Source: a virus (taxonomy: Duplodnaviria; Caudoviricetes). Taken from it: 64,000 bases of DNA. Of this stretch, positions 49,301 through 58,403 are shown piece after piece (within the stretch, counting starts at the first letter, position 1; each line of letters opens with the position of its first letter). Below the pieces are notes generated by a model. It was given only the letters and a program-made list of their open reading frames with translations. It searched no databases and was not told the DNA's origin. The position numbers and the translations under genes are program-made. The stretch spans positions 1 to 64,000 of the IMG/VR virus record IMGVR_UViG_3300001765_000038; one strand, 5' to 3'.

Positions 49301-52300
49301 TTGGTACATCCACATATGTTCCAGTACCACCACCCTGACCAGAATTACCTATACCCCACGTCCATAATGTGCCATCTGTTTTAATTGCTGTTGATTGAGA
49401 ATATCCACAAGAAATAATATTCCAATTTGTGGCAGTTCCAATTTGAGTGGGAGAGGATCTACTAAACTGATCTGCTTGACCTAACGCACCATTTGCATAA
49501 CTACCCCAACCCCATAATGTTCCATCAGTTTTAATCGCTATACTAAATCTTCCACCACATGATACTGTTTTCCAATTATTCATTGTTCCTACTTGTGTAG
49601 GACTAGAACGATCATCCCAATTATCACCCAATCCTAATTGGCCATCAGATGTACTTCCCCATGACCATAATGTGTTATCAATTTTAATTGCTAATGAGTG
49701 TGTATCACCTGGTGCAATATCTTTCCAATTGGTTGAAGTGCCTACTTGAGTTGGACTAGAACGATTTTCATACAATGTTCCATGACCAAGCATTCCCCAA
49801 TCATCATTACCCCAAGTCCACATTGTACCGTCAGTTTTGACTGCCATAACATGATCACGGTTCATTGCAATTGTTTTCCAATTGCTTGTATCACCTACTT
49901 GAGTTGGACTAGAAATTCCCATAAATTGACCTGAAGAAGTATAACCTAAACCCAATTGACCTACATCATTATATCCACAACCCCATAATGTGCCATCAGT
50001 TTTAATAGCAAATGATTGCTCCCATTCACCTGTTGCAATATATTTGTAATCATCTCCTAACATTAATATTGGACTAGTATACTGTATTCTATCACCATGT
50101 CCTAATTCACCACCATCATTATAACCACAACCCCATACTTTTAAAGGTGATGGTGGTTTTATGTAAACTTCACCTTGAGATGCAAGTGTTGCATACATTG
50201 ATGATTCTACTTTATTCCAATTACTCAATGTTCCAACTTGGCAAGGAGATGATCTATCAATATTATCACCTAATCCACAATTATTATGATATTGTGTATT
50301 TTGACCCCATGTCCATAATGTTCCATCTGTTTTTGTTGCTGCGGCAGCATAACCACAAGCAATATCTTTCCAATTTGTCATTGATCCAATTTGAACAGGT
50401 GAAGATCTATCAATATTATCACCCATTCCTAATCTTCCATGGAAATTTTCTCCCCATGACCATATTGTGCCATCAGTTTTAAGAGCTAAAGAATATCTAC
50501 AAAATGTTTTTTTAGATACTTTATTCCAATTTGACATTAATCCTATTTGTATAGGAGAAGATATATTTGTTACTAAATCACCACTAATTCCATTGCCAAA
50601 TTCGCCTCTAGTATTATCACCCCAAGACCATAATGTGCTGTCAGTTTTAATTGCATGAGCAACAAATTCACTTGCATTTATTTGTTTCCAATTTGTTAAT
50701 GATCCAATCTGCACAGGAGATGAAATTGCCTCCCAAAAATAAGTACCACCTGATGGTGCTGGCAATAATCCGTCACTAGTATATCCCCAACCCCACAGTG
50801 TGCCATTAGTTTTAATAGCGAAAGTTGTGTTCATACCGCATGTTACTTCTTTCCAATCACTTAATGATCCTACTTGAATCGGTGAAGATGCCCATATTGT
50901 TTCTGGATATCCACATTTACCGCCACTATTATTTCCCCACACCCACAATGTTCCATCAATTTTAATTGCACCTACATGATTTTCTACAGATACTTGTTGC
51001 CAATCAGTTAATGCACCTATTTGTATTGGAGAAGATTTTTTTTCATCATCTTCATAAAAATGTCCTGTTGATCCCCATGACCACAATGTACCATCTATTT
51101 TAATGGCAAACGCATTATATTCGCCCAGAGAAAAATTATTCCAATTTTCTAATACACCAATTTGACAAGGAGATGATCTATCAATCATATCACCTAAACC
51201 TAAACCACCATATTTTATACCCCATGAATATAATTTGCTACCACGAGAAAAACTAGAACATAATTTTTCTTCATATCCTATAAACTCTGTAGTATTTCTT
51301 ATTCCCATTGAATTATTATATGAGCATGAGATACTACTCCAATCGCTCAATGATCCAACTTGAGTAGGACTACTTCTACCATCAGATATTGTAGTTCCTA
51401 TACCTAAATGATGTTGAACCCAATTTATACCCCACGCCCATAATGTACCATTATTCTTAATTGCGAAAGTGTTTTGTGCACCAACTTTAACATCTTTCCA
51501 ATCAGTCATTGATCCTACTTGAACTGGGCTTGATCTAGCAATTGTATCATTAACTCCAACTGCACCATCAATGTTAGATCCCCACGCCCATAATGTACCG
51601 TCTGTTTTAATTGCTGCAGTGGCCATGTCAGATATTGCAACAGTTTTCCAATTGCTTAACAATCCAACTTGAGTTGGGCTAGATCTATTTATTGTATCAC
51701 CCAATCCTAAACCAGCGCCCCATCCCACACCCCAAACCCATAATGTACCATCAGTTTTAATTGCTGCAGAATTAGCCCACATAGTAGAAATATGAGCCCA
51801 ATCACTCAATGTTCCAAGTTGAACAGGACTTAAAGTATCGACACCTTCAACTCTTCCCCATCGCCATAAAGTATTATTTGTTTTTATAGAATATGATATA
51901 AATCTACCGGCTATAATTTTATTCCAATCACTTAACAATCCAACTTGAACTGGACTAGATCGATAAATATCATCACCTAACCCTAATTGACCCTCATCAT
52001 TTGATCCAGTTGCCCATAGTGTTCCATTTGTTTTTGTCATTAATGCATGATAACCGCAAGATACATCTTTCCAATCAGTCATCGAACCAACTTGAACGGG
52101 TGATGATGAATAACCTATATAATTTCCAAAACCACCCCATACCCAATCATTTGATCCCCATGACCATAATGTGCCATTTGGTTTTATTCCCGCACTTGTA
52201 TAATTTCCTGGTGCTAAAACTGACCAATTGTTTAATGATCCAATTTGCATAGGAGAAGATATTCCCCAAATTGGTCGATCTCCAATACCTAAAGAACCGT

Positions 52301-55300
52301 CTAAACATTGCCCCCAACCCCATCCAGTTGTAGAAGTTACTATAACTGGTGATGAACATATATTTGGATCTGGGCATGGTACATTTAACCAATTATTTGT
52401 TCTATTTTTAATAGCAAATGATCTATAATAAGTAGAATATGCATCTGACCAATTACTTAATGTGCCTACTTGTGTTGGACTTGAATAATTTATGTTATTT
52501 GTGTTTAGACCTAAACTGCCACCTTGAGCATTACCCCACGCCCAAAGTGTACCATCTGTTTTAATTGCTGCACTATAGTAACCACATGTTATTTTTGCCC
52601 AATTTGACATTGAACCAATTTGACATGGAGAAGATTGATGAGCAAAATTACCAGCATATCCTAATCCTAAATCTCCATTCCAATTTCCACCCCATGACCA
52701 TAATGTGCCATTTGTTTTAAGTGCGAGTGTATGCCAACACCCAGGTTTTATATCTGCCCAATCTGACATTAGTCCGACTTGCGTAGGACTAGATCTCCAA
52801 ATTTCATTACCTAATCCCAATGCACCCATCCATCCAGATCCCCACATCCATAATGTGCCGTCTGTTTTAATTGCACCTACGGGTGGTGCATTAAGTGAAT
52901 ACCAAGTAGATAATTTTGCCCAATTTGACATTGATCCAATTTGACATGGACTCGAGCGATCAATTTGGTCACCAAGTCCAAGAGGCCCTTGCCAACCCCA
53001 ACCCCACGACCATATAGTGCCGTCTGTTTTAAGTGCGTGAAATATATTATCATCACATGCATTTATACTTTTCCAATTACTTAATGATCCAAGTTGAACT
53101 GGACTAGATTCAGCATAATTTGTACCGAGTGTGCCAAACGCACATTGAGAATTATACGCACCCCAATACCATAACGTTCCGTCAGTTTTGATACCCAATG
53201 TCGCCGTTTCAGCACATCTTACTTCTTTCCAATCGCTTAATGTTCCTACTTGTTGAAAATCATAATTGTATGCAAAAAGTGAATGCCCGAGGCCGAGCAT
53301 ACCATCCCAGTTTAATCCGTTAGCCCATAATGTTCCATCATCTTTAATAACAAAGAAAGAATCCCAATTGCCTGATATTTTATCCCAGTTTGATTCTATA
53401 CCTATTTGTACTGGTGATGAAATGTCTGTACTTACAATTTCATCTTTATAACCAGAATACCACAATTCACCACCCATTTGTACGGGAGATGAACATGTTA
53501 CTGGTAATGTATCTTCTCCAGTTAATCGTATTCCTCTGAACGAACCCCATCCACAAGTTATGTCAGTCCACGTAGATAATGTGCCAACTTGACAAGGACT
53601 AGAACGATCAAATACATCATTCAATCCAAGTTGACCACCATTATTTTCTCCCCAGGTCCATAAAGTACCGTTTGTTTTAATAGCATATGATGATTCAACA
53701 CAATAATTTTCTATTTCTTTCCAATCACTTAATGTGCCAACTTGACATGGACTAGAACGATTAATATTATCATTTAATCCTAAAAGACCTTTAGAATTAT
53801 CACTACCCCATGTCCATAAAGTACCGTTTGTTTTAATTGTAAGTGCATGTGCGGTTCCGCATGCTAATTTATTCCAATCAGTTAATGCACCTATTTGTGC
53901 TGGACTAGATCGCCATATATTATCATTATGTCCCAATTGACCCTGTTCATTATATCCCCAACTCCAAATACTATTGTCTAATTTTAAACCAACTACTGCA
54001 TTACTTAAAAATTTAGCTGTTTTCCAATTTGCTTCTGGATCAGTACAAGTTTTTGTTCCAGTAAGTCCTACAGCTTTAAAAAATTCTTGTCCGACTTTTA
54101 ACCAATTACTTAATGATCCGATCTGTATTGGAGAAGATATTACACTATCTGAAAAATTATTTCCTCCCAATAAATAAGTATAATTACCAGTTTGTGAATA
54201 AAACGGATATCTATTTGATCCCCAACCCCATAATGTTCCATCAGTTTTAATTCCATAATATATTGGTAAATTAACATCTTCTTTATTCGACCAAACTGTT
54301 TTCCAATTTGATAAATTGCTTATCATAATTGGTGTAAGTATTGGTGTAGTAGATCCATTTAATAATTCTTTTTCATAGGGTGATCCCATACCCCATAACG
54401 TCCCATTAGTTTTTACTGCTATTGTGCAATGAAAACTCATTGCAACATGTGACCAATCACTCATTGATCCAATTTGCACTGGTGAAGAAATATCATTTTG
54501 ATGACCAATACCCAAATTACCAAAATAATTGCTGCCCCAACCCCATAATGTGCCATCAGTTTTAATTGCTACTGCTGATTGGTCAGATGTAAAAATATTT
54601 TTCCAATCATCTAAAATACCAACTTGAAATGGTATTTCATGTTCTTGATTTGAAGAATTTAATCCTAATTGCCCATGAGTACCAAGCCCCATTCCCCACA
54701 ACTTACCGTTACTTGTAATGCCCATTACTGTTTCATTACCACCAACTGAAACATCTTTCCAATTACTCATGGTTCCTACTTGACAAGGACTAGAACGAGA
54801 TATTCCACCAGTATTAATACCTAGCCCCAACGATCCGTAATAATCATTACCCCATGTCCATAATGTACCATCTGATTTAATAGCAGCATTAGTTGAATAA
54901 CCACAAGATATTGTTTTCCAATCAGTCAATGTTCCAATTTGTATTGGACTCGAATGATCAATTGTATCACTTTGACCCAATTGACCATCGTGATTACGAC
55001 CGTTTGACCACATTGTGCCATCATTTTTAATTGCAACCCAATGATAATCACCACATCCAATATCTTTCCAAACTGTTGTTGTATCAGTTATGGAAATTGG
55101 AGTTGGATTATTAAATAATCCATTTACTAGTTCACCATAATAACTTGCACCCCAACCCCATAAATTACCGATTGCGACTGGTGATACTGATGGTGTTCCA
55201 TGGATGCCCATAGTATGAACTAACCAATTATGTGCTACTTTAGTCCAATCACTATATGTGCCTACTTGAACAGGTAAAAAATAATATGTTGCTGAATAAG

Positions 55301-58300
55301 GAAGACCTGCTTGACCAGAATCATTTCTACCCCAGCCCCATAAAGTACCATTTGTTTTAATACCATTAACAATTGTTTCACCACCGAGCGAACATGATAC
55401 TTCTTTCCAGTCTGAAGCAGAACCCATTTGTACTGGTGATGAAATAGTTGGTTGCCCCCATGTGTAAGAATTTCCCCACCACCATAATGTTCCATTTTGT
55501 TTAACTGCATATGCATTTGCCTCTGCTAATGCACATTGACTCCAATCACTCATTGATCCTATTTGAATAGGACTCTGAACATTAGCTGTAAGTGTATCAC
55601 CCCAACCCCACAATGCACCAGTAGTTTTAACTGCAAGAGCACCACTGCCACTTGCACATACTTGTTTCCAATCTGTTGATGTTCCAAGTTGTGTATGTTG
55701 TAATAACGGTGATTGAAATATATCATATAATTCATGATCACCTGATACCCAAAGAGTATTGTTTTCTCTTATTCCATATGAAGCACCATAACTACATGAT
55801 ATTTGACGCCAATCACTGAAATTACCCACTTGAGCTGGAGATGATATTAAATCATATTCAATACCTAAACCAAAAATAGATGAGTTGGGATTACCTTCAT
55901 TTTCACCTAATGCCCATAATGTTCCATCTTTTTTAATTAACATTGTGCTAAATGATTCATTGACAACTACTTTGTTCCAATCAGTTAATGAACCAATTTG
56001 AACTGGACTTGAACGGTATACTTGATCCCAAAGATTAATATTGACTTGACCATGATTACCTCTCCAATCTCTACCACAGAACCATAATGATCCATCATCT
56101 TTAATACCTGTCCAAAACCAATATCCACAACTAATATCTTTCCAATTTACACTTGGTGGTGCGACCTGAATAAATCCATATTGTTCATAATTAGGTGCTG
56201 TGCCATCACCAACAGTACCATGAGATATCCAACCTGTAATCATTAAATTACCATTTGTCGCTGTTGTTACATTTTGAGTTGCATCATTTGAAATAGTGCA
56301 TACTAAATTATCTTGTGGTGCGCCCTGTGTATATGATATTGTTCCTAATTGAACTGGTGAAGATCTGTTAATATTATCACCTAATCCTAAATTACCATCG
56401 CCGCCATATCCAATAACTAACGTTCTATTATCATTAGTTAAAACTGTTATTTGTCCAAAATCAGCTGAGGTTGTTATTGATTTCCAATCATATCCTATAT
56501 TGGTTAATGTAGTTAAAACTCCAGTATTTACAGTTGTATATCCTAATAGATTACCGTAATCATCATCGCCGGCTGCCCATACTTGGTTATATGTATTAAA
56601 TGCATATATATTAGTAGCCCCAGCAACAACATTTGACCAATTAGATAATGATCCTATTTGTACTGGACTAGAATATACAATGTCTATTCCAGTACCAAGA
56701 TATCTTCCTCTTCCAATACCCCATAATGTACCATTTGTTTTAATTAATACAGTATTATCAGTACTGTTACTACTAGAAATTTTATTCCAATCACTTAATG
56801 ACCCTATTTGAGTAGGAACAGAACGATTAATATTATCACCAAACCCTAAATAACAGCCCCAATTATATCCCCATGCCCATAATGTACCATTTGTTTTAAT
56901 TGCATGATTTCTAGCATATGCTGGAGCTAATACTTTCCAATCAGTATCTACACCAACTTGAACAGGACTAGATCTACCAATACCAGAAACACCTAAACCG
57001 AGACTTCCACTATAATCAGTTCCCCAAGCCCATAATGTACCGTCTGTTTTAATTGCAGAACCACAACTCCAACCAGCATATATTTCTTTCCAATCATTAG
57101 AGGTTCCTATTTGAGTTGGAGATGTATATGTGTCCCAAGTTCCTAAACCTAATGTACCACCAAAATCACCCCACGCCCATAATGTACCATTTGTTTTTAG
57201 AGCGAAAGTTTCTCTAGTTTGGTTACCAACAATTTTTGCCCAATCATTTGATAAACCAACTTGAACTGGAGAAGAAATAAATCTATCTGCCCATGGCGGT
57301 ACTGTTGGGTAAAATGATGGGTCACCTGCAATATAACCATCTGTACAACCAGTAAACCATAAAGTACCATCTGATCTGATTAAATGTAAACCTAATCTAG
57401 ACATTCCATATTCTTTGTAATACAATGAAGAAAATGTATTATTTGATGATAATTGAACTGGTGATGAATATTGAATAGTTTGATCAGCTGAGTTACCTAA
57501 TTGACCGCCAAAATTCCAACCCCAGATCCATAAAGTATTATCATTTTTAATTGCTAGAGTATTAGTATTATCATTATTTGTGATAAATTTCCAATCAGAT
57601 AAAGATCCTATTTGACAAGGACTTGATCTACTTATCATATCTCCCAAACCTAAATGACCACCTTCTGGTATACTGTTACCCGGCCAACCCCACGACCATA
57701 TTGTACCATCTGTTTTTAGTGCAACTGCTTCTGCACCACTACCCCCATATATTTCTTTCCAATCATTAAGATTACCAACTTGAACTGGACTCGAATTTAA
57801 ATAATAATCCCACGGAAACAGTGCATTGTATGCACAAGACCAAAGTGAATTATTATTTTTAGTAAGAAATGTTGGATATCCATTAAATACCTTTGACCAA
57901 TCATTTGGATTACCTAATTGAGTAGGTACTGAACGAGAATTAATATCACCAAGACCTAAATTACCATCACTATTATAACCACAAACATATACAGTACGAT
58001 TACTGCCACCACTTCCTAATGTTGTTTTTGTGCCAGTGATAGTTACTTGTGCATAATAGGGATATTGGTGATTCGGGCCTGTATATTGAAATATCTCTGA
58101 TTCGATGGGTATATTATCAAAACTTTTTGATGTACCATATGTTATATCTGGATTGATAAATTGCATACCACGAGGAAATTTATCTTTCAATTCACCAAAA
58201 TTGCCTTTGATATGAATTGTTGTGCCATCAACAGACGATTGAACACCTGCTTCTGAGGGCACAACAATCGACACATGTTCAATTGATTGTGTTACCGCTG

Positions 58301-58400
58301 GATCAGTATTAGTATCAACAACATACACAACATTGTCGAATTGTGTAAGTTCAACCGCGTTTACCTTATCAGGATTTAAATTAAAATTTACATCAGTCAT
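43347..58400 (-). CDS. Giant RCC1-like beta-propeller array protein (91 blades) in a gp5.1-like frame
   Basis: Repeat consensus LWxWGxNxxGxLGxGDxxxRSSPxQIGxLSxWxxVxxGxxxxxAIKTDGT counted 91 times; about 130 N-terminal and 40 C-terminal residues are non-repetitive; lies between gp5 and gp5.4. Confidence 0.9.
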   Translation of the reverse strand: MTDVNFNLNPDKVNAVELTQFDNVVYVVDTNTDPAVTQSIEHVSIVVPSEAGVQSSVDGTTIHIKGNFGELKDKFPRGMQFINPDITYGTSKSFDNIPIESEIFQYTGPNHQYPYYAQVTITGTKTTLGSGGSNRTVYVCGYNSDGNLGLGDINSRSVPTQLGNPNDWSKVFNGYPTFLTKNNNSLWSCAYNALFPWDYYLNSSPVQVGNLNDWKEIYGGSGAEAVALKTDGTIWSWGWPGNSIPEGGHLGLGDMISRSSPCQIGSLSDWKFITNNDNTNTLAIKNDNTLWIWGWNFGGQLGNSADQTIQYSSPVQLSSNNTFSSLYYKEYGMSRLGLHLIRSDGTLWFTGCTDGYIAGDPSFYPTVPPWADRFISSPVQVGLSNDWAKIVGNQTRETFALKTNGTLWAWGDFGGTLGLGTWDTYTSPTQIGTSNDWKEIYAGWSCGSAIKTDGTLWAWGTDYSGSLGLGVSGIGRSSPVQVGVDTDWKVLAPAYARNHAIKTNGTLWAWGYNWGCYLGFGDNINRSVPTQIGSLSDWNKISSSNSTDNTVLIKTNGTLWGIGRGRYLGTGIDIVYSSPVQIGSLSNWSNVVAGATNIYAFNTYNQVWAAGDDDYGNLLGYTTVNTGVLTTLTNIGYDWKSITTSADFGQITVLTNDNRTLVIGYGGDGNLGLGDNINRSSPVQLGTISYTQGAPQDNLVCTISNDATQNVTTATNGNLMITGWISHGTVGDGTAPNYEQYGFIQVAPPSVNWKDISCGYWFWTGIKDDGSLWFCGRDWRGNHGQVNINLWDQVYRSSPVQIGSLTDWNKVVVNESFSTMLIKKDGTLWALGENEGNPNSSIFGLGIEYDLISSPAQVGNFSDWRQISCSYGASYGIRENNTLWVSGDHELYDIFQSPLLQHTQLGTSTDWKQVCASGSGALAVKTTGALWGWGDTLTANVQSPIQIGSMSDWSQCALAEANAYAVKQNGTLWWWGNSYTWGQPTISSPVQMGSASDWKEVSCSLGGETIVNGIKTNGTLWGWGRNDSGQAGLPYSATYYFLPVQVGTYSDWTKVAHNWLVHTMGIHGTPSVSPVAIGNLWGWGASYYGELVNGLFNNPTPISITDTTTVWKDIGCGDYHWVAIKNDGTMWSNGRNHDGQLGQSDTIDHSSPIQIGTLTDWKTISCGYSTNAAIKSDGTLWTWGNDYYGSLGLGINTGGISRSSPCQVGTMSNWKDVSVGGNETVMGITSNGKLWGMGLGTHGQLGLNSSNQEHEIPFQVGILDDWKNIFTSDQSAVAIKTDGTLWGWGSNYFGNLGIGHQNDISSPVQIGSMSDWSHVAMSFHCTIAVKTNGTLWGMGSPYEKELLNGSTTPILTPIMISNLSNWKTVWSNKEDVNLPIYYGIKTDGTLWGWGSNRYPFYSQTGNYTYLLGGNNFSDSVISSPIQIGSLSNWLKVGQEFFKAVGLTGTKTCTDPEANWKTAKFLSNAVVGLKLDNSIWSWGYNEQGQLGHNDNIWRSSPAQIGALTDWNKLACGTAHALTIKTNGTLWTWGSDNSKGLLGLNDNINRSSPCQVGTLSDWKEIENYCVESSYAIKTNGTLWTWGENNGGQLGLNDVFDRSSPCQVGTLSTWTDITCGWGSFRGIRLTGEDTLPVTCSSPVQMGGELWYSGYKDEIVSTDISSPVQIGIESNWDKISGNWDSFFVIKDDGTLWANGLNWDGMLGLGHSLFAYNYDFQQVGTLSDWKEVRCAETATLGIKTDGTLWYWGAYNSQCAFGTLGTNYAESSPVQLGSLSNWKSINACDDNIFHALKTDGTIWSWGWGWQGPLGLGDQIDRSSPCQIGSMSNWAKLSTWYSLNAPPVGAIKTDGTLWMWGSGWMGALGLGNEIWRSSPTQVGLMSDWADIKPGCWHTLALKTNGTLWSWGGNWNGDLGLGYAGNFAHQSSPCQIGSMSNWAKITCGYYSAAIKTDGTLWAWGNAQGGSLGLNTNNINYSSPTQVGTLSNWSDAYSTYYRSFAIKNRTNNWLNVPCPDPNICSSPVIVTSTTGWGWGQCLDGSLGIGDRPIWGISSPMQIGSLNNWSVLAPGNYTSAGIKPNGTLWSWGSNDWVWGGFGNYIGYSSSPVQVGSMTDWKDVSCGYHALMTKTNGTLWATGSNDEGQLGLGDDIYRSSPVQVGLLSDWNKIIAGRFISYSIKTNNTLWRWGRVEGVDTLSPVQLGTLSDWAHISTMWANSAAIKTDGTLWVWGVGWGAGLGLGDTINRSSPTQVGLLSNWKTVAISDMATAAIKTDGTLWAWGSNIDGAVGVNDTIARSSPVQVGSMTDWKDVKVGAQNTFAIKNNGTLWAWGINWVQHHLGIGTTISDGRSSPTQVGSLSDWSSISCSYNNSMGIRNTTEFIGYEEKLCSSFSRGSKLYSWGIKYGGLGLGDMIDRSSPCQIGVLENWNNFSLGEYNAFAIKIDGTLWSWGSTGHFYEDDEKKSSPIQIGALTDWQQVSVENHVGAIKIDGTLWVWGNNSGGKCGYPETIWASSPIQVGSLSDWKEVTCGMNTTFAIKTNGTLWGWGYTSDGLLPAPSGGTYFWEAISSPVQIGSLTNWKQINASEFVAHAIKTDSTLWSWGDNTRGEFGNGISGDLVTNISSPIQIGLMSNWNKVSKKTFCRYSLALKTDGTIWSWGENFHGRLGMGDNIDRSSPVQIGSMTNWKDIACGYAAAATKTDGTLWTWGQNTQYHNNCGLGDNIDRSSPCQVGTLSNWNKVESSMYATLASQGEVYIKPPSPLKVWGCGYNDGGELGHGDRIQYTSPILMLGDDYKYIATGEWEQSFAIKTDGTLWGCGYNDVGQLGLGYTSSGQFMGISSPTQVGDTSNWKTIAMNRDHVMAVKTDGTMWTWGNDDWGMLGHGTLYENRSSPTQVGTSTNWKDIAPGDTHSLAIKIDNTLWSWGSTSDGQLGLGDNWDDRSSPTQVGTMNNWKTVSCGGRFSIAIKTDGTLWGWGSYANGALGQADQFSRSSPTQIGTATNWNIISCGYSQSTAIKTDGTLWTWGIGNSGQGGGTGTYVDVPTQIGLLGDWSKLSNNHTGGWGSERTFAIKTNGTLWAWGDIAGCDQLINENKSSPVQLGSLSNWTQVSCNSYHWIGITDDTLTPITPVISSPVQVTPSNELWFCGYDQIPLSDSTGPAGVGNADGYFKFEHVGDNWSSIAILNSSGWDNSVVATKADGTLWGWGGNRDSIIGFGDNIERSSPCQIGLLNNWKTVSSAAEWSWLAIKTNGTLWGCGYNWDGLLGVGNTIRYSSPIQVGSLSDWSSVSGKPYGWVWAHFAIKTDGTLWGWGQDDYGILTGTTIGAYRYSSPIQVGTSNDWKQVAASVESVKAIKTNGTLWTWGWNINGQLGLGDYIDRSSPTQVGTLSNWSFVDSHYDYNIAIKTDGTLWGWGNDHNGYLPDITSPETLDTFIPRQIGALNNWKTVFVSWDNVIATKTDGTLWGWGLNPGFDLGDWEIVNYVSSPVQIGIENTWEKAIIDADYFFGFKTTVNAPPLTSNTLWAWGANTWGQIGTNDDLDRSSPVQVGLLNDWNTIEEYYQSSYGIKTNGTLWSWGANSEGGLGLGDVYNNRSSPCQVGTLSNWKQISAGRRFFVSVKTDGTLWSCGYNWIGTLGNGISGYADNRSSPIQIGILDYWDKVSCGYYHTIAKSIGGGIWGWGENESGELGLGDDINRSSPVQIGTGFNWKQISAGEYASTMAVKTNGTLWAWGWNSHGQLGLENILGYSVPTQVGTLSNWEQVSIYYSTGAVKTDGTLWSWGWNGDGGLGLGDKIHRSSPTQIGSLNNWRSVEIGDSALFATKTDRTLWACGEGVVWGSLGASNTLDYSSPIQIGTLSDWNEISSYDNVTLATREILPAPAPAPAPTYIKHWGAGYFPALDKADYTNYSSPVQLSSNWTYMCTSGDVPASFFIDKNKNLWGVGNIYGAYNKSVSAPVMISNTGNWESVNCHGSTMMGIKSDNTLWMIGYNGFGEGGIGDYFSRSSPVQIGTKTTWNKVVCGYHTIAIGENNTLWGWGNNNRGQTGQGVNGYTSMSSPVQIGVDTDWRFIAIGTEYSTAIKTNNTLWGWGVNFYGNLLLNSFTTQSTSSPVQLGTLSNWKNVTCDDSTVYGIQNNNTLWGWGGTSYSLLKTVCAAERTIDPNFELSSPVQIGTLSDWGEIGGGGVPWRSFIARKINGTLWAWGETNYAYTSNGAILNQINHSSPIQIGTLSNWSKVWGAGYAWLATTDDTPPSNIAGWGNGTNWSGELGIGEINNQYSSPVQLISNVDWKQLAAPSERYAYNSNGIKTDGSLWVWGQTPYNGYVYNVSTPIKVGTSNDWAYVHCSAMTTVMIKTDGTAWGMGYNYSGELGMNPNIPISSPVQIAGGNTWSKAWTAESNRTILLNNNGSLWVMGWDWENTMLGLGAITDLGVSSPVQIGTDLNWKQASVNEYHTLAVKTNGTLWSWGRDVDGVLGQNTSSVNLDVPTQVGLLSNWKQVHADGSASFAIKTDGTLWSWGYNGGNILGHGDSIDKSSPTQVGSLSDWDKLASSGHYCMMMIKTNGTLWACGYNTDQMITPDDTVWEISAPMQVGTLSTWKDVSGSHTYWLGITDSTPITPPDTPITGTGRVLVGCGSNMFGQLGTGDTIDHHVIIQIGDKNDWSSVSDSYSTLGIRADNSLWATGWNGNGELGTGDIIHRSSPTQIIGSWKQQCTNAIKTDGTLWGWGENSGGALGLGDEILRSSPTQVGSMSDWASISGTNNNVAAIKTNGSLWGWGYNTPGCLGLGHTNSVSSPTQIGSLTTWSKLGSNFRDDLLAIKTDGTLWGCGSNYYGKLGLGYVSDHITVFGISSPTQIGTLTNWKQITCGYFNDLTMAVKTDGTLWGWGDLQTYGNYLNNDFINHGIDHFMMSPIQIGTLSNWSKVSALAGNYYMLNDTGALWGWGYNVNGELGQGNTIIYSSPVQIGPQYKWVDISAQNPTFKGIIELSDTGGVGGTTTTVEPFTTTIPLKITVRDNWGVFNGKLIDKVKQHTRE
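46785..46810. repeat. Perfect 26-bp palindrome T(GCCGGC)4A encoding a PAPAPAPA linker
   Basis: tgccggcgccggcgccggcgccggca read directly; self-complementary. Confidence 0.95.
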
Positions 58401-58403
58401 TTA

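Noticed and set aside
43347-58400. Possible CRISPR array or diversity-generating retroelement underlying the repeats
   Set aside because: Repeats are degenerate, in-frame coding units of about 150 nt with no constant repeat plus unique spacers; no reverse transcriptase and no adenine-only-mismatch template/variable pair seen in this window (cannot exclude one elsewhere in the genome)
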